IMG/VR virus record: IMGVR_UViG_3300029319_000025
Location: 5,110-69,109 of that record
From: a virus
Direction: 5' to 3' (one strand)
Length of the DNA: 64,000 nucleotides
This document shows, piece by piece, positions 31,252-41,048 of the stretch. A program made the translations under genes and the position numbers. Every line of letters starts with the position of its first letter. The stretch's first letter is position 1. The notes under the pieces were generated by a model. The model was not told the DNA's origin, searched no databases, and saw only the letters and a list, made by a program, of their open reading frames with translations.

Positions 31252-31570
31252 TGCTCAACTATTAAAAGAGAAAGACAAACAACTACATTTTATATCTGGT
31301 AGCTTTGCTAGCAGTGTAGGCTATAGTTACGTTTGGAAAAAAACAAAGGACAAGAAAAAAGCATTACTTGCTGGTATAGGAACAGCGATACTAGCTGGTA
31401 CAGTAAAAGAACTAATAGACTCTTCAGAAAAAAATAATTATTTTGACGTAAGAGATCTAACCGCTACAACACTTGGCGGTATAACTGTAAGTGTTACAAT
31501 CAATTTATTTAACAATGATAAATCTAATAAAAAAGTTCGTAAAAGACGTTTGGGCGTATTTATGGAGTAA
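31202..31570 (+). CDS. Membrane protein, YfiM/VanZ-like
   Basis: DKQLHF...GTVKELID...DVRDLTATTLGG. Confidence 0.6.
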   Translation: MKWKLALFAVAIAATANAQLLKEKDKQLHFISGSFASSVGYSYVWKKTKDKKKALLAGIGTAILAGTVKELIDSSEKNNYFDVRDLTATTLGGITVSVTINLFNNDKSNKKVRKRRLGVFME

Positions 31571-31754
31571 AACAACAGTAGATGAAAAAGCAATTGCTAC
31601 TGTAAAAGAAATAAAGAAAAGATATAAGCTAACAGCAGAAGAACTTGCAGATGTAGCTAAAGCAATAAAAGAAGTTGGAAATCAAATAGGTGACATCGAT
31701 GACGCTATTGCTGGTAAAGCACGTAAAGGAAGAAAAAGTGGAAAGACTAAGTAA
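31515..31754 (+). CDS. Hypothetical protein in the lysis block
   Basis: Start revised to MINLIKK. Confidence 0.6.
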   Translation: MINLIKKFVKDVWAYLWSKTTVDEKAIATVKEIKKRYKLTAEELADVAKAIKEVGNQIGDIDDAIAGKARKGRKSGKTK

Positions 31755-32199
31755 ACACGTAAGCTATCGTGAAGGTGTGTATAGCAGAACAGCAGAAAGG
31801 CTTGGTTTAAAAAACGATCCCTCTGACGTTCATTTAGCCAACATGAGGCTTATATCAGAAAAAGTATTTGAACCTCTTAGAGAGTTTGTAGGAGGTCCTA
31901 TAAAGATAAATTCGTTTTATCGTGGACCTGAACTTAATAAAGCTATAGGTGGTTCTTCAAAATCACAGCATTGTAATGGTCAAGCAATGGATATTGATGA
32001 TACATTTGGATATAAAACAAATGCTCAAATGTATTATTTTATAAAAAGTGAATTAGATTTTGATCAAATGATTTGGGAGTTTGGGAATGATAGTAATCCT
32101 AACTGGGTACATGTAAGTTATGTATCACCTGAAGCTAACAGAAGAAGATGTTTGAAAGCATATAAAGAAAATGGTAAAACTAAATACATGGTGATATGA
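31738..32199 (+). CDS. Endolysin, peptidase M15 (Zn peptidase) family
   Basis: INSFYR...N...GGS..SQH..GQAMD...WVHVS. Confidence 0.85.
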   Translation: MERLSKHVSYREGVYSRTAERLGLKNDPSDVHLANMRLISEKVFEPLREFVGGPIKINSFYRGPELNKAIGGSSKSQHCNGQAMDIDDTFGYKTNAQMYYFIKSELDFDQMIWEFGNDSNPNWVHVSYVSPEANRRRCLKAYKENGKTKYMVI

Positions 32200-32330
32200 A
32201 ACATAAAAAATTTAAAAAGCATAAAATGTACTGTAAAGACGGTAGCGTTAAAAATGCTAACACACTACAAGATCATTTAAAATTTAAAAAAATGGGTTGT
32301 GGACACACTCCAATAAAAAATAAAAAATAA
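32196..32330 (+). CDS. Small basic His/Cys protein (44 aa)
   Basis: ATGA and TAATG coupling; MKHKKFKKHKMYC...HLKFKKMGCGH. Confidence 0.6.
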   Translation: MKHKKFKKHKMYCKDGSVKNANTLQDHLKFKKMGCGHTPIKNKK

Positions 32331-32560
32331 TGTGGTCACTATTTAAAGATAAAAACGAAATAAACGAAAAAAACATAGTAGGATTTGCTTCATTTGTAGT
32401 AATGGTATTATTTGCAGTAGCAGATCTTGTAACTAGTTTTTTATTTATAGATGGAAAATTAGTTATAAACGAGGTAATATACAACTCATTCGTGTGGGTA
32501 ACACTAGGTTGTTTTGGTATTAGCTCATTTGAAAAAGTAAAAACAACAGACAAAAAATAA
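32330..32560 (+). CDS. Two-TM holin-like membrane protein
   Basis: Two hydrophobic helices, near the endolysin. Confidence 0.55.
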   Translation: MWSLFKDKNEINEKNIVGFASFVVMVLFAVADLVTSFLFIDGKLVINEVIYNSFVWVTLGCFGISSFEKVKTTDKK

Positions 32561-32564
32561 TAAA

Positions 32565-35500
32565 ATGCCTAGAATACACACAATAACAACAGATACAGTC
32601 ATTACAGATAATGACATGATACTTGGAACTGATGGAGCAGTTGGCGCTAATAACGCTACTAAAAACTTTAGTTTCGGAGTATTTAAAAATTATCTATGGA
32701 CATCACCCACAATAACAGGTAACTTAACTGTTTCTGGCGGTGAAATTATATTAGATAATAATAGATACTTACAAGGAAAACTTACTAATGGTACAGCTAT
32801 AGATTTAATAGGTGTAAAAAATAACGATATAGTAACAATATCAGATGATGCTCAAGAAGTACACATTGGTCCATTAAGCGGAAATACAACAACACAATTA
32901 AACGGTTCTTTAATTTTAGTAGGTGCTGGTGTTTTCAGTGGGGATTTAAGTGTTGCTGGTAATACTACACTTGGTAATGCATTATCAGATACAGTTACAG
33001 TTGCTGGGGATGCTACTTTTAATCGTGATGTAACTATTACTCGTAACCTAACTGTAAACGGTACAATTAATCTAGGCGATGCCGATACAGATAATATTAT
33101 TTTTGGTGCAGATGTAGACTCACATATATTACCTGACGACGATGGTACATTTAATTTAGGTAGTTCATCAAAAAAATGGGACACTCTTTTTGCGTCACGT
33201 GTTGAACTTTCAAGTCACGCTGCTGTTGGAGGTAATTTAACTGTAACTGGAACTACTACTTTGAACGGTGATTCAACTTTTAATGCACCTGTTACAGTTG
33301 GTCAAGACGGGGATGGTCATGTTGTTAAGTTATATACTGATACTTCAAGTAGATATTTATCTTTTGATCCAACAAACGATACAGATGGTTTTTCTAAATT
33401 AATGTTTAGTGAAAACATAAAAGCTCAGTTTGGTACTAACACTGCTGATTTAGCAATATACAATAATGGTACTGATTCATTTATTGATGCTGGTACTGAA
33501 GCTGGTAAACTATATATAAGAAACAAAGGAGTTAATAGAGATATTGTTTTTCAAGCTTATGCTGGTTTGGCTGATACAACGCCTGAAACATATTTCTTAC
33601 TAGACGGTTCTTTAGCAGAAGATGGTTCTGGTAGTCAAACGGTAAATTATACTAGATGGCCAGAGTATGCTAGCATAGCAATGGGTGATGTAAGTAACAA
33701 CGGTATAGAAGGAGCTGTACTAAATACAGTTAATGGTCACTTCGCCATACAACATCACATTGGTACATCTACTTCAGAAAAAAATATTACTGTTTATAAT
33801 TATTCGCCAGATGGTGATATAGAGTTTTTTACAAATGGATCAACATCATACTTAAGATTAGATGGTGGACAAGAAAAAATATTTATAAATCAAGATGTTA
33901 ATCCTTATGCTATTAAAGGAGCAGATAATCAACCTGGTTATTTAGAATTAAAAGCTGATAACGGTGATAATAACTCTGATCATTGGAAACTTTCAGCTGA
34001 AACTGATAATGTTTTTGAAATACAAACAAGAGATGGTGGTAGTTATGCTCCTGTTGTAGAAATGGTTGCTAGTAATAAAAGCTCTCTTTTCAAAGGAGCT
34101 ATTAACGTTGCTGGTACAATATCAAATCAACACTTTACAATACCTAATGCTATTGGAACAGCTAGTCAGATATTAAAAGTTCCTTCTTCAGGTTCAATAT
34201 TAGAGTGGGGAGATCTTCCTGCTTCTGTTCCATTTATAGATGGTGGTGCTGAATTTACAGACAGTTTAGTAATAGGTCATAGTACTCTTACTAATAACCC
34301 TTCTTCTACACCAGCTCTTGCTGCTGCAGAAAGAAATGTAGGTGTTGGTAATACTGTTTTAGAAGATCTTACTACTGGTGATGATAACACTGTTTTAGGT
34401 CATGCTGCTGGTAAAGGATTAACAACTGGTTCAGATAATGTTTTAATAGGTTCTCTTGCTGGTTATAATATAGCAACAGCTGATGACGTTATAGCAATTG
34501 GCGCTAGAGCTATAGGTGGTTCTAATGGTAACAGCACAGGTCAACAAGTAGTTGCAATTGGTAACGATACTGTTAAAATGGGTTATGCATCAGGATCAAG
34601 CAATATTGCTGGTACAACAGCTATAGGTCACAGTGCTGGTGAAAGAAATCAATCGTTTGGTTCTACTTTTATAGGTTGGAACGCTGGATCAACAGTACAA
34701 AATTATGATAGTAGTGGTGATTATCATAATGAAGAATTACACTCTAACAATGCTGCTCGTTGTGTTATTATAGGTGGTAACGCTGGTACAAGTGCAGTAA
34801 GTGTTACAAATGAAATTGTAATAGGTTTTGGTGCTAAAGGTAAAGGAACTAATACTGTTGTTATAGGTAATAATGCTACAACATCTTGGTTACCTCACGA
34901 TGACAACGGTGTTGATTTAGGTTCTACTACTGAATCATTTAAAGATGCTTATATACAAAGTGCTTTAAAAATAGGTGATACAAGTGGATCTACATATTTC
35001 CAACTACCAAGTACTATAGGTACTGAAGCTCAAGTGTTAAAGGTTCCTGCTTCAGGAAATACTTTAGAGTGGGGTGCTGCTGATAGTATTCCTCATATTA
35101 GAGAAGGTGCTAACTTTGGTGGTTCATTATTAATTGGACACACAACAACAGGTACATTAAATAGCGCGCTTAGTAACACAGCAATAGGTATAGGTGTTTT
35201 AGCATCTATAACGGAAGGTGATAGTAACGTAGCTATAGGTAACGCTGCCGCAGATGCTTTAACTGAAGGTGATTATAACGTGGCAATAGGTGTAAATGCT
35301 TTAGGTGCAATAACAACACAAGGTGGTAACGTTGCTATAGGTTATGGAGCTGGAGATACTTTAACCGATGCTAGCCACGGAAGTAATAACGTATTTATTG
35401 GTTCTAATGCTGGTGGAGCAATAGCAAGTGGTCAAGGAAAGGCTGTATTTGTTGGAGGTAATGCTGGTGCAGACAATGTCAAAGGTCAAACAACTGGTAT

Positions 35501-36239
35501 TGGTTACAATGCTTTATCTAAAAACGAAGGAGCTGGTAATACAGCTCTTGGTTATGGTGCTGGTAAAAATAACACAACAGGTTCTGGTAATACATACATA
35601 GGTACATCTGCTGGTGAGTGGGCTGATCAAGGAACAACTAGCGATAATACACTTGTTGGTGCTTTTAGTGGTAAATCAACTAATTTTGAAGGAATAAATA
35701 ATACAACTTTAGGTGCTGACGCTGGTTACTTTATGGAAGAGTGTACTAATAACGTATTAATTGGTAGACACGCTGGTAGAGCTATAAAGAACGATAGTAG
35801 CAACGTAATAATAGGTAAAGACGCTGCAGCAGATAATGAGCATGTTGGTGAACAAAACGTAGCTATTGGTACAAACGCTTTAAATAACGCCGATACAGGT
35901 AACGCGGGTGTTGATACGCGTAACGTAGTTATTGGTTACTCAGCTGGTACTAGTATTATTCAAGGTACACAAAACGTTTTACTTGGTGCACTTACTCAAC
36001 CTAGCGGCGCTAACACTAGTAATGAAATTATAATAGGTTATGATGTTGATGGATTAGGAGCTAACAAAGCTGTTATTGGTAACGCATCTACAACTAACAT
36101 TGCACCTGGTACTGATGGTTCAGTTTCTTTAGGTGATGATACTCGTGGTTTTGAAGAGTTAATATTAACATCTCCTAACGGTACTAGGTATCGTATAAAA
36201 GTTTCTGATGCAGGTGCTTTAAGTGCAACGGCAGTATAA
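32565..36239 (+). CDS. Tail fibre/adhesin with YadA-like beta-roll repeats
   Basis: Many N.AIG..A repeats, GNLTVTG repeats, C-terminal LTSPNGTRYRIKVSDAG. Confidence 0.8.
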   Translation: MPRIHTITTDTVITDNDMILGTDGAVGANNATKNFSFGVFKNYLWTSPTITGNLTVSGGEIILDNNRYLQGKLTNGTAIDLIGVKNNDIVTISDDAQEVHIGPLSGNTTTQLNGSLILVGAGVFSGDLSVAGNTTLGNALSDTVTVAGDATFNRDVTITRNLTVNGTINLGDADTDNIIFGADVDSHILPDDDGTFNLGSSSKKWDTLFASRVELSSHAAVGGNLTVTGTTTLNGDSTFNAPVTVGQDGDGHVVKLYTDTSSRYLSFDPTNDTDGFSKLMFSENIKAQFGTNTADLAIYNNGTDSFIDAGTEAGKLYIRNKGVNRDIVFQAYAGLADTTPETYFLLDGSLAEDGSGSQTVNYTRWPEYASIAMGDVSNNGIEGAVLNTVNGHFAIQHHIGTSTSEKNITVYNYSPDGDIEFFTNGSTSYLRLDGGQEKIFINQDVNPYAIKGADNQPGYLELKADNGDNNSDHWKLSAETDNVFEIQTRDGGSYAPVVEMVASNKSSLFKGAINVAGTISNQHFTIPNAIGTASQILKVPSSGSILEWGDLPASVPFIDGGAEFTDSLVIGHSTLTNNPSSTPALAAAERNVGVGNTVLEDLTTGDDNTVLGHAAGKGLTTGSDNVLIGSLAGYNIATADDVIAIGARAIGGSNGNSTGQQVVAIGNDTVKMGYASGSSNIAGTTAIGHSAGERNQSFGSTFIGWNAGSTVQNYDSSGDYHNEELHSNNAARCVIIGGNAGTSAVSVTNEIVIGFGAKGKGTNTVVIGNNATTSWLPHDDNGVDLGSTTESFKDAYIQSALKIGDTSGSTYFQLPSTIGTEAQVLKVPASGNTLEWGAADSIPHIREGANFGGSLLIGHTTTGTLNSALSNTAIGIGVLASITEGDSNVAIGNAAADALTEGDYNVAIGVNALGAITTQGGNVAIGYGAGDTLTDASHGSNNVFIGSNAGGAIASGQGKAVFVGGNAGADNVKGQTTGIGYNALSKNEGAGNTALGYGAGKNNTTGSGNTYIGTSAGEWADQGTTSDNTLVGAFSGKSTNFEGINNTTLGADAGYFMEECTNNVLIGRHAGRAIKNDSSNVIIGKDAAADNEHVGEQNVAIGTNALNNADTGNAGVDTRNVVIGYSAGTSIIQGTQNVLLGALTQPSGANTSNEIIIGYDVDGLGANKAVIGNASTTNIAPGTDGSVSLGDDTRGFEELILTSPNGTRYRIKVSDAGALSATAV

Positions 36240-36271
36240 AAAAAAAGGGGATCTTTCGATCCCCAATTTTT
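36238..36271. terminator. Bidirectional intrinsic terminator at the convergence of the two arms
   Basis: A9-GGGGATC-TTTC-GATCCCC-AA-T5. Confidence 0.85.
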
Positions 36272-36285
36272 ACAAACTAACTAAA

Positions 36286-38007
36286 CTAACCGTCGCAGCT
36301 TAAACACTGCTCATTCATAGCACTTTCAGCTATGTCACCTCTGAGGACCGATTCGGTCCTCATGTAGTATAAGGTCTTTATTCCTTTTTTCCAAGCTTCT
36401 AAATGTATTTTATTAATCCACTTAGGTTCTGCTTGTGCAGGAAAAGCCAAGTTCAAACTAACAGACTGATCTATGTACTGTTGACGTATACCTGCCTGAT
36501 TAACTAATTCTAGTTGATTTATTTCCTTAAAAGTTTTATAAACCTCTTTTATAGGTATTTTATGCTCACCGACTGTAATTTTGTCAAGAGCTTTTATACC
36601 TTGTACAGAACCACCATCTTTCAATATTTGATCCCATATTTTTTCTTTATTTAAATTATTCTTTTTTAATTCTTCAACCAGCGTAGGGTTTTTACGTATG
36701 AACGTGCCTTTAGCAGACTGGTCTGTAAATATGTTAGCAGCCCATGGCTCAATTCCAGGACTAATATTCCCAGATAACTTACTATTACTAACAGTAGGAG
36801 CAATAGCTCTGAGATGTGTATTCCTAAACCCCGTACCAACGCACCACAGCGGTTCGCCAAACTCTTCAGCCAACGCCATGCTTGCTCTTTCTGATTCAAT
36901 TTTAATTTGTGAGAATATTCTTCTTGTTTCATATTGTGCTAATAATCCTTCGAAAGGTAAACCTTTTTGTTGTAAATAAGTATGCCAACCTAATACACCT
37001 AATCCTAATGCTCTACCCTTTTCTGCAGATCTTACAGAGTTTTCAAAACCTTTTCTATATTTAGCTTTTTGTATAAACTCTTCTAATACTCCGTCTAAAA
37101 ACCATATACTATCATATATTAAGTTAGAGTTTTTCCACTCATGATATTTAGCTAGATTTAAACTAGATAAACAACATACAAAACTATGGTTTTCATCTGT
37201 ATGTAATACTATTTCACTACATATATTTGTCATAAATACTTTTAAAGCATTATCTTTATATGCAGCAGGGTTATTCTTATTAACATTACCTTTAAACATT
37301 ATATAAGGTTCGCCTGTAGCTTTACGCTTTTGTAATAACTTACCCCATTTACGTCTTGCAACTTTATCACCAGCCATAAGCTTACGCATAAACTTATCAC
37401 CAATAATAGTGCACTGATGCATATTTAACGATTGTCTATTAACATCACCCTTAGGTTCTCTTATTTCTAACCAGTCTTCCCAATCTTTGTGTTCTATATT
37501 CAAGTTAACTGATGCAGCACCTCTACGGACAGCACCTTGGTTTGTTGCTAATATAGTTGAATCATATATTTTGCAAAAAGGTACTACTCCGTCTGATGTG
37601 CCGTTCATTGTTATCTCTGCACCTGCAGGCCTGATCTGGTTAATACCAATACCAACGCCACCTCCGTGCTTTGCGAGTAACATCATCTCTAAATTTTTAG
37701 TTCCAATATCAACTATGCTATCTGCAACGTCAATACCAAAACAACTGATCGGTAAACCCCTATCAGTTCCTGTATTAGAGAGTACAGGAGACGCTAAGCA
37801 TAACCAACCTTTCCATATATAATCAAAGAAAGTTTCAGCCATCTCAGGTCTTTTAATACGTTTAGCCACAGTTGTAGCTACACGCATATAAGCTTCTTTA
37901 GGTGTCTCACCGTTGTATAGGTAACCACCTTGTATTGTTTTTTTGTATACGTCAGCCTCTGCCCACTCTGGGTAGTCCTGACCTTTTATCCATCTATTGC
38001 TCCACAT
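36286..38007 (-). CDS. nrdA: Class I ribonucleotide reductase alpha subunit, short and lacking an ATP cone (class Id-like)
   Basis: PISCF, TNICSEI, LSSLNL, IAPTVS, KTLYY, C-terminal CLSC; start revised to MWSNRW. Confidence 0.92.
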   Translation of the reverse strand: MWSNRWIKGQDYPEWAEADVYKKTIQGGYLYNGETPKEAYMRVATTVAKRIKRPEMAETFFDYIWKGWLCLASPVLSNTGTDRGLPISCFGIDVADSIVDIGTKNLEMMLLAKHGGGVGIGINQIRPAGAEITMNGTSDGVVPFCKIYDSTILATNQGAVRRGAASVNLNIEHKDWEDWLEIREPKGDVNRQSLNMHQCTIIGDKFMRKLMAGDKVARRKWGKLLQKRKATGEPYIMFKGNVNKNNPAAYKDNALKVFMTNICSEIVLHTDENHSFVCCLSSLNLAKYHEWKNSNLIYDSIWFLDGVLEEFIQKAKYRKGFENSVRSAEKGRALGLGVLGWHTYLQQKGLPFEGLLAQYETRRIFSQIKIESERASMALAEEFGEPLWCVGTGFRNTHLRAIAPTVSNSKLSGNISPGIEPWAANIFTDQSAKGTFIRKNPTLVEELKKNNLNKEKIWDQILKDGGSVQGIKALDKITVGEHKIPIKEVYKTFKEINQLELVNQAGIRQQYIDQSVSLNLAFPAQAEPKWINKIHLEAWKKGIKTLYYMRTESVLRGDIAESAMNEQCLSCDG

Positions 38008-38258
38008 TATGTTATCAAGTGTTTTGTCCAAGCAACTAAACCGTTAATATTTAGTGCTACTAAGTTCCATTGTTTTCTAGCTGTAACCTGTACTAACACG
38101 CAGCAAAAACCAGCTATATATAATTTAGGTTCTAATGTCCAATGTGCTGCTAATAAACAGCCTGCACCAAAGTAACCTATTCTACTAGCTAGTTTTTCAC
38201 CAGGTGTTAATTTTTTATTACGTACTAGAAACTTCATTATTTTATATTTCGTTCCCAT
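38007..38258 (-). CDS. Small membrane protein between nrdB and nrdA
   Basis: Hydrophobic segments; stop overlaps the nrdA ATG. Confidence 0.6.
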   Translation of the reverse strand: MGTKYKIMKFLVRNKKLTPGEKLASRIGYFGAGCLLAAHWTLEPKLYIAGFCCVLVQVTARKQWNLVALNINGLVAWTKHLIT

Positions 38259-38324
38259 TATTTATATAAGTCGTTATAAATATCTTCTTCAGTTATATTA
38301 ATGTTGTTCATTATGTTTAGTCTA

Positions 38325-39284
38325 CTACCAAATATCTTCAAAGTCTTCGCCTTCGTTCGCTTTGCTATAGTCTGTTGGACGTATAGCGAAAAAATCAGTA
38401 TGGGTATGCCCACCGGTAAGATGGTAAAACCAATCAAGATTATTTGCTGCAGCCTCGTCATACTTGAATACTCCCTTGTAACCGAGCTCAACAAGTTTTT
38501 CATTTAATCGTTTTTTAATAAATTGTTTTAAATCGTTTGCTTTTAAATTCTCAATGTCACCCATTTCAAACATTTTATCAATATACTTCATTTCTGCGTC
38601 ATGCATTGCACTAGCAGCTTCGATAATAGCTTCTTTACAATCTTTTAAAAGATCTTTATCTTCTTCACACATGTGTCTAAATAATCTACAACCCATTTTA
38701 CTATGTAATGATTCGTCTCTTACAGACCATTTCATTTGTTGTCCAATTCCTTTGAGCATGTTTCGCATTTGAAAGCTATACAATACTGCAAAAGCGCTGT
38801 ATAAAGAAACACCTTCAGCAAACGCGGAGAATACCGCCAAGCTTTTTGCAATTTCTTTTTTATCATTTCCTTCATATCCTACTAAGTTATCGAAACGTTC
38901 CATTGTTGCTTCATCTTGCAGAAACGCTTCAAAGTTTTCTAATCCTAATGTTTCATTTAAGTAACTATAAGCTACGGCGTGGATCGTTTCTTGTGATCCA
39001 AACATCATAGCCATTTGTTGTATCTCATGTTTAGGAAACCATGATACAACTTTTTGTGTCCAGTAGTCAGATACTGCACATTCAGTCTGAGCAAAACCTA
39101 GTAGAATATTTCCTACTAAGTTTTTTTCAGCTGCGGTTAAATTTTCGTTCCAGTCTTTTACATCACCTGACATTGGTATTTCCGTGTGTAACCAAAACGC
39201 CTGAGCTTGTTTTAACCAACCTTCTGTGTAATACTCAGGGTACTCAAAAGGCTTATAAGGTATTCTTTGATCAAATAATCCCAT
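38325..39284 (-). CDS. nrdB: Ribonucleotide reductase beta subunit
   Basis: QTE, ETIH...Y, EGV, DESLH metal ligands; start revised to MGLFD. Confidence 0.92.
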   Translation of the reverse strand: MGLFDQRIPYKPFEYPEYYTEGWLKQAQAFWLHTEIPMSGDVKDWNENLTAAEKNLVGNILLGFAQTECAVSDYWTQKVVSWFPKHEIQQMAMMFGSQETIHAVAYSYLNETLGLENFEAFLQDEATMERFDNLVGYEGNDKKEIAKSLAVFSAFAEGVSLYSAFAVLYSFQMRNMLKGIGQQMKWSVRDESLHSKMGCRLFRHMCEEDKDLLKDCKEAIIEAASAMHDAEMKYIDKMFEMGDIENLKANDLKQFIKKRLNEKLVELGYKGVFKYDEAAANNLDWFYHLTGGHTHTDFFAIRPTDYSKANEGEDFEDIW

Positions 39285-39288
39285 TTTT

Positions 39289-39429
39289 TTAATAATATGT
39301 TGTGTAACAAATATCAAAGAAGCCTAAGTATAATACATAGTCTATCTTTGCGTTATCTACGTCCTCGTATTGTCTTATACCAAATAAAACTCCTGGTACT
39401 AAGCCAATGTTAATCTCCCATGCTTTCAT
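39289..39429 (-). CDS. Small hypothetical protein (46 aa)
   Basis: MKAWEINIGLVPGVLFGIR...; ATGA coupling. Confidence 0.55.
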   Translation of the reverse strand: MKAWEINIGLVPGVLFGIRQYEDVDNAKIDYVLYLGFFDICYTTYY

Positions 39430-39560
39430 CTTCCTTGTCCTTTATATAATTTAACATAATTTTTACTTCCTTTGCTTTTAGACGTTTTAGTTTTAGCATG
39501 AACGCCTGGTCTTTTTTTTCTTGCTGGTTTATATATTTGTATTATTGCTTTTCTTGCCAT
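39426..39560 (-). CDS. Small basic protein (44 aa, ...KRPGVHAK...YKGQGR)
   Basis: Translated by hand. Confidence 0.6.
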   Translation of the reverse strand: MARKAIIQIYKPARKKRPGVHAKTKTSKSKGSKNYVKLYKGQGR

Positions 39561-40002
39561 TTTGTAATATTAGTTTAACTGTTTCATCACACTCTTTTTG
39601 GTTTTGAGGTTTATATAATGTAAAAGGTCCTAATCTTCTTTCAGCTACTAACTTTTTAAATATCTTCCAACGTAATGGGAAAGATTCATTAGCTCTACCT
39701 TTACACTCTATAATCCAGCCTTTACCTATAAAATCTGGAGTGTATTTCATATTTAATATTTTCTTATTACCTCTGTCTTTATAATCACCTTTACCATTGC
39801 TACATCTTTCATAACATGCAAATGGAAAATCAAATGATTCTATAAGTTCAAAGGTTTGTCCTTCATATAAAGCATGTATCTTTGCTTTTTTTAATGCTTG
39901 ATACATATACTTTTCTAAACCAGAAGCAAAGGTTATCCCATCAAAAGTAATTTTCTTACTTCTGACAGGACCTTTCTTTTTTCTTCTATAGTTCTTTTTC
40001 AT
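39529..40002 (-). CDS. PD-(D/E)XK endonuclease, T7 endonuclease I/Holliday resolvase-like
   Basis: FASGLE, YTPDF, IIECKG. Confidence 0.75.
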   Translation of the reverse strand: MKKNYRRKKKGPVRSKKITFDGITFASGLEKYMYQALKKAKIHALYEGQTFELIESFDFPFACYERCSNGKGDYKDRGNKKILNMKYTPDFIGKGWIIECKGRANESFPLRWKIFKKLVAERRLGPFTLYKPQNQKECDETVKLILQNGKKSNNTNI

Positions 40003-40267
40003 CTTCTATATATTCTGGATAACCGTGTGAACTAGTTATCATAGCCTCTTCAATCTCATCTTTCAAACATCTTCTAGCGGCTTCAATATATAATAACGCA
40101 TCCATTATCTCTTCTTGTACATCGATTAAAAAATCGTTTAAGTCTTTCTTACCATCATTTATTTCATCTGTCATTGTAGATCCATATTTCTTCTGGCCTT
40201 CAAGACTACGATTATCCATTTTCTTTATTACTGCCTGTACAATAGCATCAGTTGTTTTAATCTTCAT
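39986..40267 (-). CDS. Small all-alpha nucleotide pyrophosphatase-like protein
   Basis: G.KKYG.T...QEE.MD..LY pattern. Confidence 0.5.
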   Translation of the reverse strand: MKIKTTDAIVQAVIKKMDNRSLEGQKKYGSTMTDEINDGKKDLNDFLIDVQEEIMDALLYIEAARRCLKDEIEEAMITSSHGYPEYIEDEKEL

Positions 40268-41048
40268 CTTTTACAAATGTTCCGTTAATCATTTTACCTG
40301 TTCTCTTACTTATTACGTTGTATGCTTGTGCTATACACGTTTCTATATGTACGCCTCGTAAATGTGCTAAGTTTGTTAATACAACAACCATATCACCGAT
40401 AGCGTCAACAACTTCTTCCTGATCATCTTTTAGCAATGCTTTTGCTAACTCACCAGCTTCTTCTTGTAATTTAACATATTGAGTGTTTGGATTACCTTTA
40501 TCGTAAAGACCTCGTTGCTCTGCCCAGTCTCTAATGTTTTGGAACATTTTTAAAGGTTTTTTAGAGCATTTAACTACTGGCTTAACATCTTCAAACATAT
40601 TTCTATTTTCATAAGCTCTAGCAAATGCTTTATTGTATACATAACATCTAGTATTATTATACATAGATGGTTTAACGTTGTCCATTATCCAAGATATAGT
40701 ATTCTTATTGATATGTAGTTCACCGTGTTCAGTAAGCCAAGTCATACCAATGTTGTCGAATAATCTACCTTTTAGTTTATCAACTGGACATGGAAAAGTA
40801 GTCGTTTGTTCAGTTACATTTATTTTCATTTTACTTTTTGGTTTAAGGTTTTTATATGGTACCATATCTACTCTGTAGCCATATTCTTTTTGTAATACTC
40901 TTTCTTTGTCTGATATATAATCTATATCTTCAGACTTTTCTAGTACTTCGTACTCATCAGGATTGTAACCTTGTTGAACTGTGACCCGGTTATTAAGATC
41001 ACAGGTAACACCGATTTTTTTACCTGGTATGTGATAAATATAATACAT
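40257..41048 (-). CDS. MazG-like NTP pyrophosphohydrolase with GIY-YIG-like N-terminus
   Basis: KLQEEAGEL...DAIGD C-terminal domain; MYYIYH...KIGVT..L..R N-terminus. Confidence 0.75.
   Translation of the reverse strand: MYYIYHIPGKKIGVTCDLNNRVTVQQGYNPDEYEVLEKSEDIDYISDKERVLQKEYGYRVDMVPYKNLKPKSKMKINVTEQTTTFPCPVDKLKGRLFDNIGMTWLTEHGELHINKNTISWIMDNVKPSMYNNTRCYVYNKAFARAYENRNMFEDVKPVVKCSKKPLKMFQNIRDWAEQRGLYDKGNPNTQYVKLQEEAGELAKALLKDDQEEVVDAIGDMVVVLTNLAHLRGVHIETCIAQAYNVISKRTGKMINGTFVKDED

Noticed and set aside
38258-38503. 81-aa ORF overlapping the nrdB 3' end
   Set aside because: Mostly an alternative frame of nrdB; at most a short downstream peptide is plausible
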